Source: an uncultured Aminicenantes bacterium
GTDB taxonomy: Bacteria; Acidobacteriota; Aminicenantia; UBA2199
Length of the DNA: 64,000 nucleotides
Reading direction: 5' to 3'
Assembly (NCBI GenBank): GCA_965195285.1
Contig: CBDAFS010000015.1
Location: 74,138-138,137, forward strand
Shown here: in pieces, positions 48,767 to 58,092 of the stretch
How the letters are laid out: every line of letters starts with the position of its first letter
Position numbering within the stretch: position 1 is the first letter of the stretch
Position numbers and translations under genes: made by a program
The notes under the pieces: generated by a model
What the model was told of the DNA's origin: nothing
Databases searched by the model: none
Seen by the model: only the letters and a program-made list of their open reading frames with translations

Positions 48767-51730
48767 CTATTTATTACCTTCCAGCTCTTTCACCCTTTTT
48801 CTGGCATCTTCAACCAGGGGCTGGAACTGTTGATCGCAATCTTTCCATAAATCGATAAATTTATTGTAGTTTTCAATGGCCTTGCCTTTCCAGCCTTTTT
48901 GTTCATATATTTTCCCCAGCATGTAAAAGCTTTTAGCATAGATATCTCCAAAGATGAGCCTGCCGGTGGTTAGAGATAGGATCTTTTCATACTGTTCCTG
49001 AGCTTTTTCAAAATCTCCCTTTATATAAAAAGCCGCGGCCAGGGGTTCGATAAACAAAGCATGCTGATCTGCTGAGTACATCTTATGTTGATGGGGCAGC
49101 AAAGTTATGGCTTTTTTAAAATATTCTACAGCTTTTGAAGAATTGTTTCTTTTTGATTCGATCATTCCCATAAGATGAAAATAAAATCTTGTACGCTTTT
49201 GGTTCATTCCTTTTTTGATCAATTCCCTGAGTTCATCTGCGGTTTTTTGGGCTAAATCCAGTGATCTTTTAGCAGCCAACACAACTCCCTTATAATACAA
49301 TATCGATGTTTGATTCCCCAGGTTCTTTCCTTTGACTGCCCTGTCCCATTCAATTTTGCACTCTTTTAATGCCTCACTGTGATTTCCTGATTTGAGATAT
49401 TTGTAAATTAAAGATCTCTTGAAGATTAAATGCCAGGCCCACTGACCGGACCTTTTGGCCAGTTTGAGTCCCAATCTTACCTGGTTTAGCGATTCATTGA
49501 ATTTTCCTGATAATAAAAACAAAGAGGATAACATCAACCTGCCATACAATTTATTTGGTGTTCCACCGGATTCAAGAAGTTTCCGGTATTCCCGTTCCGA
49601 TTTAATCATATCTCCTTTATAAATATAAATATCACCCTTTAAACGGAAATCATAAAAAGAATCAGGGTTTATAGAAGATGCCTTGTCTGCTTCAGCAATG
49701 GCAAGTTCATATTTGTTCTGGAGAATATAAATATGGGCCAGTCGGCGGCGAATAAAGGCATTGTCCGAAATATTATTGAGATAAAAACTTAGTAATTCCT
49801 CTGCCCTGTCATATAAACCCTTTGCTTCATATGCTTCTGCTAAAGTATAATATGACGTTATACTTTCAGCACTTAAAGAGATTTTGAATTTTTCTATGGC
49901 CTTGTCCCACTCTTCCAAATCGCTGTATAAGAGCCCCAACTGGTGGTGGCCGGATAAATCTTCAGGGTAAAATTGCAGCAATTTTTTATAGGCTGCCATG
50001 GCTTTTTTATCGTTGTTTTCCACATTTAAATAGAACTCAGCCTGGTTTCGGTAACGCTCTCTATCTGATATCCTGTCACTCAATTCAAAGGATTTCTTTA
50101 CATATCTTTTCATAGCATTAAAATCACCTATATTATAGGAAGCCATTGCCAGTGACCGGTAAGCAGTGGCAAACCTGGGATCAATGGCTATAGCTTTCTT
50201 GTAATAGGGGATAGCTTTTCGGTAATTTCCGTTTTGATATAATTTTCCAGCTGTAATGTAGTTTTTATATGCTTCAAGAGACGAGGTGGTAATGGTCCCG
50301 ATATTCCTGTCGATATCTTCAGAAATTACCTGCTCGGAAAGATCGAAATTCAATTTGATCTTTTTTGTGACCTCATCCACCTTTGATAAGACATTTTTTT
50401 CTCCCCTGGACTCTACGGTTAATGAGTTAATAATGTCACCTGAATCGGCTTTATAAATCATTATGTTGATACGAAAATTTTCACCGATTTTGATATAGTT
50501 TCCCCTGATTATGTGATTTGTTTTCCCACGGGCAGCGACTTTTAATAAATCCTCGGTAGAGTATTTTTTTGATTCCAGTAGATTCAATTTTTTCAGGATA
50601 CCGAAGAGTCTGTCTCCTGGTAAAACATTGATCAGTTTTGACTGGGATAAGTCTGTGATAAGTAACTCTGCAAGAGCGCTGCGCCAGTAATCCAGTTTCT
50701 CATCTCCTGTGTTGTTCTCAAAGTATACAATGGCAATTGAGGGTTTTTCCCCTGGTTTAATTACAGGTGTTTCTGGTTTCGGTTTTCCTTTGAATATAAA
50801 ATAACCGGCAATGATGATAACCGCAATAAAAATACTTCCCAGAATCAAAACTTTTTGAGAGGCTTTCAGGGTGATCTCCGGACTGGTTTTTTTTCTGGAA
50901 ACGCTTACATCCGGCGTTGAGTCCTTTTTCAGTTTTTCCAGGTCAACCATCATATCATCCACATGCTGGTACCTTTCAGAAGGATCTTTGACCAGGGCCT
51001 TGTTAATAATCCGCTCCAGTTCCTGGGGAACTCCGGTGCGTATAGCAGTGACAGGCTCCGGATCCTCGTTTAAAATGGCATATACAACTGCCTGTTCATA
51101 ATCCCCTTTAAAAGGTAATTGACCCGTAACCATTTCATAGAGCAATACGCCCAGGGACCAGATATCAGTCCTGTGATTCACCTTCTTGCCCATGGACTGT
51201 TCGGGTGACATGTAGGATGTGGTTCCCACCGTGGTGCCGACTTTGGTTAATTTGGATTTTCCCTTTAGCTTGGCCAGACCGAAATCCATGATCTTCACCT
51301 GGCCTTTTTCATTTATCATGATATTAGCACTTTTGATATCTCTGTGAACAATCCCCTTCTCATGTGCTTCCTGCAGGCCTTCTGCAATCTGAAATGCAAT
51401 TTTTAAGGATTCATCTATTTTTAAAGGACCAGATTCGATCTTTTCTTTTAGGTTCTGGCCTTCAATATAACTCATGGCTATAAAAATCTGGTCTTCCTGT
51501 TCATCTATCTCATAAATTGAGCAAATATTCTGGTGTTCCAGAGCAGCCGAAGCTTGAGCTTCTATAAAAAACCTTTCCTTGGAATCCTTATCTCTGGTAA
51601 ACTCGGGAGGCAGAAATTTCAGGGCAACTGTACGTTTTAGTTTTGTATCCTCAGCCTTATAAACAACTCCCATTCCACCTTCACCGAGTTTCTCAAGGAT
51701 TTTGTAGTGGGAAATGGTTTTTCCGATCAT
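48767..51730 (-). CDS. Ser/Thr protein kinase with TM, TolB_N-like and TPR domains
   Basis: LGEGGMGVVY, VALKFL, HRDIKSAN, DFGLAK and YMSPEQ, then IAIVYFENNTGD and TPR repeats. Confidence 0.9.
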   Translation of the reverse strand: MIGKTISHYKILEKLGEGGMGVVYKAEDTKLKRTVALKFLPPEFTRDKDSKERFFIEAQASAALEHQNICSIYEIDEQEDQIFIAMSYIEGQNLKEKIESGPLKIDESLKIAFQIAEGLQEAHEKGIVHRDIKSANIMINEKGQVKIMDFGLAKLKGKSKLTKVGTTVGTTSYMSPEQSMGKKVNHRTDIWSLGVLLYEMVTGQLPFKGDYEQAVVYAILNEDPEPVTAIRTGVPQELERIINKALVKDPSERYQHVDDMMVDLEKLKKDSTPDVSVSRKKTSPEITLKASQKVLILGSIFIAVIIIAGYFIFKGKPKPETPVIKPGEKPSIAIVYFENNTGDEKLDYWRSALAELLITDLSQSKLINVLPGDRLFGILKKLNLLESKKYSTEDLLKVAARGKTNHIIRGNYIKIGENFRINIMIYKADSGDIINSLTVESRGEKNVLSKVDEVTKKIKLNFDLSEQVISEDIDRNIGTITTSSLEAYKNYITAGKLYQNGNYRKAIPYYKKAIAIDPRFATAYRSLAMASYNIGDFNAMKRYVKKSFELSDRISDRERYRNQAEFYLNVENNDKKAMAAYKKLLQFYPEDLSGHHQLGLLYSDLEEWDKAIEKFKISLSAESITSYYTLAEAYEAKGLYDRAEELLSFYLNNISDNAFIRRRLAHIYILQNKYELAIAEADKASSINPDSFYDFRLKGDIYIYKGDMIKSEREYRKLLESGGTPNKLYGRLMLSSLFLLSGKFNESLNQVRLGLKLAKRSGQWAWHLIFKRSLIYKYLKSGNHSEALKECKIEWDRAVKGKNLGNQTSILYYKGVVLAAKRSLDLAQKTADELRELIKKGMNQKRTRFYFHLMGMIESKRNNSSKAVEYFKKAITLLPHQHKMYSADQHALFIEPLAAAFYIKGDFEKAQEQYEKILSLTTGRLIFGDIYAKSFYMLGKIYEQKGWKGKAIENYNKFIDLWKDCDQQFQPLVEDARKRVKELEGNK

Positions 51731-52101
51731 GTATCATCTCTCCGATGAATTTTATAGCATATAGATATTTTATTTTCAATAAAAGGGGATTAACTTTTGA
51801 TTTTAATTTATCATAGAAAAAAAATGTCCCATGAAGGAATCAAATCCCTTCAATTCTGGCCAGATCCGGCCTATCCACCACCTCCTCCCCTGATCGCCCA
51901 ATCCCGCAAAATGCACACTATCTGCCTCACCTTTGGGACCGGTGGCATCCGGTGGGGAATGGGGGGGGTGGGTATTCCTATACAGTATAGTGCAATTCTT
52001 CATGAATTTCACAAGTATATTGAACTATAACATTTTCTTGACTTTCATTTTAAAACTCCCTAAAATATCTTCGTGTTTATATTTGAAATGGAGGAGGAGA
52101 A

Positions 52102-52698
52102 ATGAAATCAACACTTAGAGCTTTACTCTATTTTATTTTTCTTTTAGGATTGATTTATCATCTGGGTTGTTCAACGACCGGTGAGGTGGATAATCAATAT
52201 ATTCTCACCGTGAGTTTGGCGAATGGAGTTTCCGGAATTCCGGCAACAGGTACATATGTGTATGATGAAAATCAAACCGTTACGTATAGTTATACCCTTG
52301 AGGTCGGATTTAGAAATCTGGTGGTTTTCCTGAATGATGTGGCCATTGCCGATTCTGGAATTATTACCATGGATAATAACCATGTACTTAGGGTGGTGGC
52401 GGATCCGCCATTCGATGTTACCGGCGAATGGCATGGTTATTTAGAGGGGGGGTTGGCAAGAGAATTCTGGGTGACTTTTTTTGAAGATAATTATTGCATC
52501 GGCATACTGGAAAATTATTCCGGTGAATTCGATCAAAGCAATTACCAGATTTCAGACGGGCATATTTCTATCGATCTGGATAGTGGATCGCGTGATTTTT
52601 TGATGGAGGGAACTATCGAAAACGACAATCGGATGAGTGGTACCTGGTATTCATATTTTTATGGAACGAACGGAACCTGGTGGTTGGAAAGAGATTAG
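52102..52698 (+). CDS. Putative lipoprotein
   Basis: Hydrophobic signal ending in a HLGC lipobox; GGAGGAGGAG RBS. Confidence 0.65.
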   Translation: MKSTLRALLYFIFLLGLIYHLGCSTTGEVDNQYILTVSLANGVSGIPATGTYVYDENQTVTYSYTLEVGFRNLVVFLNDVAIADSGIITMDNNHVLRVVADPPFDVTGEWHGYLEGGLAREFWVTFFEDNYCIGILENYSGEFDQSNYQISDGHISIDLDSGSRDFLMEGTIENDNRMSGTWYSYFYGTNGTWWLERD

Positions 52699-52773
52699 GT
52701 TCATGTGTTGGGTCTGGTCTTTCGAAATCAATTTCATAAGAATCATGTCATCAGTATTGAGGGATTCGATATT

Positions 52774-53025
52774 ATGAAAATTACCAAACAAGATGTGGTT
52801 TGGGCATATCGGCTTATGCTGGACAGAGATCCGGAGAGAGAAGAGGTTATTGAGAACTATATTAAAATATGCAATACGCCGGAGCAACTCAGGGATATAA
52901 TATTATCCTCGGAAGAATTCAATGAAAGAAATCCGACTTTTGCCCAAAACTATATCAAGATTCCATTTCCGCCGGAAGAGCTGATGCACTTGGTGGCTGG
53001 ATTGTATGACTGGGGTCAGGTCTAA
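52774..53025 (+). pseudogene. Truncated gene (DUF4214-like N-terminus, probably a methyltransferase) cut by a GGGG-TIR
   Basis: AYRLMLDRDPE...ILSSEEF, then PFPPEELMHLVAG; the last codons and stop come from GGGGTCAGGTCTAA at 53012. Confidence 0.55.
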
Positions 53026-53125
53026 AGAATAAAGAAATCAATTGTTTCCGTCATTTTTAAGGATCCACATTTAAATGGGATGATTTGTTTATTTGAAGGG
53101 TCGAAAAGGAGAAATTGTAAAAAAA
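53012..53125 (+). repeat. GGGG-TIR MITE copy 3 (left end with diverged body)
   Basis: GGGGTCAGGTCTAAAGAATAAAGAAATC followed by a degenerate version of the MITE interior. Confidence 0.7.
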
Positions 53126-53573
53126 ATGATCCAATTATCTTAATATTATATGTTGTAATGTAAAATTTGTCCCCAGTCTATGTAAACTATACAAAAATGC
53201 CCAAAATTGCAAAAAAGGTCAAATAAGATTAAACTCAAGAACTCAAGCACCGTCCCCATCAGTAGTAACCTGGTTTAGAATGTATGGAGTGTTTTTAGGT
53301 TAATATATGTAAGTGTCAAATAAAGTACATCTTCACAAGATTACCTTATGCCAAAACTTCTATTGATTGTGAGGCCCTCATGGCACAAGAGAGTTTACGG
53401 CGGAAAAAGGTAGCAACCAAAGTAATATCAATGGTTTCGGGAGTATTTAAGCCTACAATAAACCGCACTATCCATAGTTAGATATGGTAAACTCGATTTT
53501 AGGCCTGGAAACCCTTTATTATCAACGGTTTCAAATGTGGTTTTTGGGAGTTTGATATGAAAATTAAAATTCT

Positions 53574-54896
53574 CTATAAACTATCCGGGAATTTTTCTTC
53601 CTTAGGTTCAGTTTTAATGTTTTTCAGTTCATTCATTATTGCTAAGGTTTCCCTATATTCTTTGGCTTCAGCTACTTTGGTAAATTCTATCTCCTCGTGC
53701 TCAGATCTTACTTTTTTTTCGATATCTTCTAATTCAACTTGAAAGAATTCTTTCCTAAAATTAACCTGATTCAATCGAGTTGCTTTAAATTCCTGGTGTA
53801 ATATAGCTTCCAATTCTGGAGCGTTTTCAGAATAAATCATCGCATGAACATCAAATGCAAATGGTACTGAAGCATCACCAAGTTCTTTCACACGATCTAA
53901 GGGTTCCAGTCTCCTGGTCAATCCAATTTTATAAACCCTTTCCCCAAAAGATCCAATATTTGAGATAATATACACATGACCAGATTTGGTCAGTTGAGCT
54001 CTGGAAATAGCTCGCTCCTTTTTCTCTTGTGCATCTTCCAATGCTTGTTGCATTTCAATTAGTTTTTTATTTAGGGATTCCATTTCCTCATCCTTAGCCA
54101 TGGTCATTTTTGCTTTTACTTCAGCAAGAGCTTTCTGATATTTTCTCTCATCATCCTCTGCCTCTTTTTTTGCTTGCTCAATTTCTTTTTGAACTTTTTC
54201 CTCTTCCCTCATTTGTTTTCTAATTTTTCGTTGTTCCTCTTTTTCTTCATATTTTTTTTCTTGATATTCATGCGCCAAATGTAGTTCTTTGATTTTTAAG
54301 TCCAAGTAGGAATCCGTTATATATATTCTATTTGGTTCACCCAATTTATTGATAGTTTCAAAAGCCTTTTTAATTCTCTCTTCCATTTTAATTATATTAT
54401 TCCATTTAACCTTTAATACTGTAGCATCGCATTCTCCATTAAAGGCTCTTAACATTAATTTCATGCTTCTGTTTGTCATCTGTCTGCCTTTGACCTTGCT
54501 TCCCTCAACAGTCCACTCAGTATTACAAATAATCGCATCTTTTTCTTTTATGAGAGATTTTTGTTCTTTAAGGATCATATCCAATTCCTCTTTATACTTT
54601 TCTGAGGTGTCAAAATCAAAATGGGGATGATAAACCCCATATGTAGTAAATTCGTATTCTTCTTGAATTATACTTAGGTCCAAAAGAAATTTATCGTATA
54701 TTTCTTTTTTAACTTTGTAGTCAGATTTCATTTCTTCAAATTCTTTAGTTTTTAAATCAATTTCTGCATCAATATCAATTATTCCTTTGTATTTTTTGTA
54801 CAGGTAATCGTGTTTCTGTTTAAATTTAAAAAATAGAAATATAAATCCAAATAGTAAAACAATAGAGATAATGAGAAAAATGAGATAATTGTCCAT
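53574..54896 (-). CDS. DUF4041 / T5orf172 (MUG113, GIY-YIG-like) domain protein
   Basis: N-terminal TM, LMLRAFNGEC, coiled coil, GHVYIISNIGSFGE.VYKIGLTRR, ELGDASVPF.FDVH and RKEFF. Confidence 0.88.
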   Translation of the reverse strand: MDNYLIFLIISIVLLFGFIFLFFKFKQKHDYLYKKYKGIIDIDAEIDLKTKEFEEMKSDYKVKKEIYDKFLLDLSIIQEEYEFTTYGVYHPHFDFDTSEKYKEELDMILKEQKSLIKEKDAIICNTEWTVEGSKVKGRQMTNRSMKLMLRAFNGECDATVLKVKWNNIIKMEERIKKAFETINKLGEPNRIYITDSYLDLKIKELHLAHEYQEKKYEEKEEQRKIRKQMREEEKVQKEIEQAKKEAEDDERKYQKALAEVKAKMTMAKDEEMESLNKKLIEMQQALEDAQEKKERAISRAQLTKSGHVYIISNIGSFGERVYKIGLTRRLEPLDRVKELGDASVPFAFDVHAMIYSENAPELEAILHQEFKATRLNQVNFRKEFFQVELEDIEKKVRSEHEEIEFTKVAEAKEYRETLAIMNELKNIKTEPKEEKFPDSL

Positions 54897-55408
54897 AACT
54901 GCCTCCTGTAATAATTTTAAAACAGGTTATATATCATTCCCAAAAAACTTTAGTTAAAGTTTAAACAGGTGATATTCAAAAGTCAAATAAATCGATTCTG
55001 AAGCTCGTTAATAAATTCAAGAAAATAAAGAAATTACCTTAATATATAGGCTGTTTTGACAGTTTTATAATAAAATCCATGATCCAAACCCTTACTAAGG
55101 TATACAAAGTTTGATTTTGGGTCTGGAAACCCTCTATTATCAACACTTTGAAATGAGGTTTTTGGGTATTTGAGAACGTTAGGGGGTGTTGGTGTTTTTT
55201 ATTGATATTATTACAAAGTTGTGATTGAAAAATTTCAATCAATGGGAATACGGATGGCCTCCACCAATTCGCCTGGCCATGAACTATTGAAAGAGAAGAG
55301 GGACGGTGCTTTGAAACTTGGAAATTTGATGCCCAATTTCATGTAGAATGCAAACTTAACAAATTGTTCTAATATTTGAGTTCAAAATAGGGAAGGGAAA
55401 TAAAAAAA

Positions 55409-55481
55409 TGACCCCTAAAGGAATCGAACCTTTAACCTATTGATTAAGAGTCAATTGCTCTGCCAATTGAGCTAAGGGGCC
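55409..55481 (-). tRNA. tRNA-Lys(CTT)
   Basis: GGCCCCT TA GCTC AATTGGCA GAGC A ATTGA CT-CTT-AA TCAAT AGGTT AAAGG TTCGATT CCTTT AGGGGTC A; complete cloverleaf, CCA not encoded. Confidence 0.95.
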
Positions 55482-55530
55482 ATCTTAAGGGGTAATTTAG
55501 CATATTTTGGGGCGGGTGTCAATTAGGGAA

Positions 55531-55837
55531 GTTCTACGTTCCAGGTTCTATGTTCTAGGTTCTAAGTTCTGCGTACTATATTTATCTGACTTGTCATTCC
55601 TTGGTCATTTGTGACTGTTGGTCACGTCATTAAGAGCTTTAGAGAGCATGTCATAAGCACGCGATGCGTGCGTCATTTGTATACAAAGCATACGTAATAA
55701 GTTCACTGCGTTCACGTCATTAAGAGTCCGAGAAAACTGTAATGACAAGTTATGATAGTTCTTAATGACCAAATCAGAGAGTTTTAATGACGAGAGTTTG
55801 ATAGATATAATGACAAGTTTCAGAGAACTGTAATGAC
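55531..55837. repeat. Heptamer run plus GTCAT/ATGAC 22-bp-period array, copy A
   Basis: About seven GTTCTAN-type heptamers at 55531-55579; GTCAT at 55604, 55626, 55650, 55672, (GTAAT) 55694 and 55716; ATGAC at 55742, 55765, 55787, 55810 and 55833. Confidence 0.85.
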
Positions 55838-56003
55838 AAGTTGGTGTTTTCCCTTAAATCTAACCTGAACTGATAACTCTCTCACTTTCTCAATTCAATC
55901 TTAATCTCAGGTTTGCCCTGAATTTCCCGATATATTTGGAAATATTTCTTGACAATCAATATTATTTATAATATTAATGTATTTAAGCAGAGGGGTGTTT
56001 CGT

Positions 56004-56393
56004 ATGGAAATTCGCCAGGAGAAAAAAATTGTTTTTGTCGATGATGAAATCTTCATGCGCGAGTTGTGGAAGCGGATCCTGACCGGGGAGGGTTATGAGG
56101 TTTTTACCGCATCGACTGCCGAGGAATGCCTGGAAATCGCTGAAAAGGTGAAACCAGACCTCATCATTTCAGATATCCTCATGCCTCAAATGGACGGGCT
56201 CGACCTATGCAAGGAAATCCGAAAACGGGAATCCCTGTGTGACATTCCCATCATATTGATCACCGGGGTGTTCAAGGACCTGGCTTTCAGGTCCAGGGTA
56301 GATAACAGTACTGCCGATGCCTTTATCCTGAAACCTCTGGATGAGCAACACTTGTTGAGCAAGATACAGGAATTGATTCAGAAAAAGAGATAA
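56004..56393 (+). CDS. Single-domain response regulator (receiver)
   Basis: VDDE, DLIISDILMPQMDG, ITG and KP. Confidence 0.9.
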   Translation: MEIRQEKKIVFVDDEIFMRELWKRILTGEGYEVFTASTAEECLEIAEKVKPDLIISDILMPQMDGLDLCKEIRKRESLCDIPIILITGVFKDLAFRSRVDNSTADAFILKPLDEQHLLSKIQELIQKKR

Positions 56394-56400
56394 TCTGAAA

Positions 56401-57138
56401 TTACAAACGGAAATCCCGGGTGATTTTTTTCAAATGGGGTTTTAAAAGGGCCATCCCTTCCTCGGCATTCTCAAAGTAATCAAACATCCGGATGTCTTCC
56501 GGTGAGATTAATTTCATGTCAACCAGTTTTTGAAAATCAATGACCTTCTCCCAGAATTTCCGGTCATACAACAGCAGGACAATGTTATGAGACTTGATTT
56601 TTCCGGTCTGGACCAGGGTCAGGGTTTCAAAAAGCTCATCCAGGGTGCCGTAGCCTCCCGGGAAAAAAATCGCTGCCTTGGCCTGATAGAGAAACCACAG
56701 TTTTCTCATAAAAAAATAATGAAATTCAAAATTAAGCTCGGGGGTGATGTAGGGGTTGGGTTCCTGCTCATGGGGCAGGGAGATATTCAAACCGATGGAA
56801 GGGGAATGGCCCCGCTGAGCCCCCCGGTTGGCCGCTTCCATGATGCCGGGGCCACCTCCGGTACAGATGGTGAAGCCATCTCCGTTTCTGGCAATTTCAT
56901 GTGACCATTTGCTCAGCTGAAAGGCTAATTCTTCGGCCGCTTCATAGTAATTCTGGGGGAGTTCCGGCTGATTCCCCGGTTTGATCCGGGCTGAACCGAA
57001 AAACACAACGGTATGCTTGACATTTTTTTCATTCAGCCGTTTTTCCGGTTCCATGTATTCGGCTAAAATCCTCAGGCTTCTGGCCTTTCGGGAATTTAAA
57101 AAATCCAGGTTTTTATACGCTTTTTGGGAACGTTTCAT
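56401..57138 (-). CDS. LOG-family protein (TIGR00730-like)
   Basis: FGSARI, TGGGPGIMEAANRGA, FHYFFMRK and PGGYGTLDE. Confidence 0.9.
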   Translation of the reverse strand: MKRSQKAYKNLDFLNSRKARSLRILAEYMEPEKRLNEKNVKHTVVFFGSARIKPGNQPELPQNYYEAAEELAFQLSKWSHEIARNGDGFTICTGGGPGIMEAANRGAQRGHSPSIGLNISLPHEQEPNPYITPELNFEFHYFFMRKLWFLYQAKAAIFFPGGYGTLDELFETLTLVQTGKIKSHNIVLLLYDRKFWEKVIDFQKLVDMKLISPEDIRMFDYFENAEEGMALLKPHLKKITRDFRL

Positions 57139-57211
57139 TTTTTCCTCTGATCAAAGGCCATTATACCTTAAATGGGGAGTTCAGTAAAATTCATAGTACT
57201 TCTTATTATCT

Positions 57212-57422
57212 GAGGTAGAGGTAAAGGTAAAGAAAAAGGTAGAGGTAAAGGTGAAGGTGAAGGAAAAGGTTAAGGTAGAGGTAAAGGAAAAGGTAAAGGT
57301 AAAGGAAGTAAATCGTAAAATGCAAGGTGTGAAATGTAAAAAACCACTGGTCATTACAACTCTCTGGTACTTGTCATTGAAACTCTCTGATTTGGTCATT
57401 AAGAACTATCATAACTTGTCAT
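57212..57422. repeat. AGGTAR hexamer run, heptamer run and an inverted half of the GTCAT/ATGAC array (copy C)
   Basis: About 15 hexamer units at 57212-57305; GTCAT at 57350, 57373, 57395 and 57418, the reverse complement of the ATGAC half of copies A/B. Confidence 0.8.
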
Positions 57423-57511
57423 TATAGTGAATAATCAGTTATTTTGTTCTTAACTTCGAATTTCATGTTTAAATTGAATTTTTTTGATATAATTTTCTAT
57501 GGAGGTATTGG

Positions 57512-58090
57512 GTGAATGTAAGAGAATTGTTACAAAAAACCAGAAGTTACCGTCGATTTTACCAGAATGAAAAAATTCCTATGGCTGAATTGAGAGAGAT
57601 GATCGACCAGGTCCGCCTGATGCCCTCTCCGGCCAATTTACAGCCCTTGAAATTTGTATTAATCAACCATGGGGAAACCTGTGATGCCATCTTTACCCAT
57701 TTAAAATGGGCAGCCTATCTGGAGGGATGGGAGGGCCCGGAAAGGGGTGAACAACCGGTAGCCTATATTGTCATATTAGGAAACCGCAAGGTCAGCCTGC
57801 ATATTGACTGGGATTACGGCATCGCTCTGCAGGTGCTCATGCTCAGTGCCACGGAAAAAGGATATGGCGGGTGTGCCATTGCTGCCTGCAACAAGAAGAA
57901 GATCGCTGAGATCCTAGATATACCGGGAGATCATGAAATCGCCTGTGTGATTGCCCTGGGAAAGCCCCGGGAAACCGTGGTGGTTGATGATGTGGTTCAA
58001 GGCGACATTAAATACTGGCGGGACGAGCAGGATATCCACCATGTGCCCAAGAGAAGTACAGACGAGTTGATATTCAAGGTGATTGAGTAG
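57512..58090 (+). CDS. Nitroreductase family protein
   Basis: RSYRRF, PSPANLQPL, GYGGC and HHVPKRS. Confidence 0.88.
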   Translation: MNVRELLQKTRSYRRFYQNEKIPMAELREMIDQVRLMPSPANLQPLKFVLINHGETCDAIFTHLKWAAYLEGWEGPERGEQPVAYIVILGNRKVSLHIDWDYGIALQVLMLSATEKGYGGCAIAACNKKKIAEILDIPGDHEIACVIALGKPRETVVVDDVVQGDIKYWRDEQDIHHVPKRSTDELIFKVIE

Positions 58091-58092
58091 AT

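Larger units (their letters stand above)
33063..55434. mobile_element. Genomic island inserted at the 3' end of tRNA-Lys(CTT); no integrase found
   Basis: 35-bp direct repeat (33/35 identical) at 33063-33097 and 55400-55434 overlapping the tRNA 3' end; interior rich in IS, MITEs and gene fragments. Confidence 0.7.

Noticed and set aside
51797-52030. G/C-skewed patch with short ORFs upstream of the kinase
   Set aside because: No convincing reading frame, RNA structure or repeat could be identified by eye.
55250-55266. GGCCTCCACCA as a tmRNA/tRNA 3'-end att fragment
   Set aside because: Too short, with no T-arm and no second copy in the window.
33098-55399. Prophage, ICE or diversity-generating retroelement
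   Set aside because: No phage structural, conjugation, integrase or reverse transcriptase genes are recognisable, and the direct repeats do not show adenine-specific differences.
57181-57399. 72-aa ORF with FTFTST repeats
   Set aside because: It is a translation of hexamer repeats and the ATGAC array, with no sign of a real gene.
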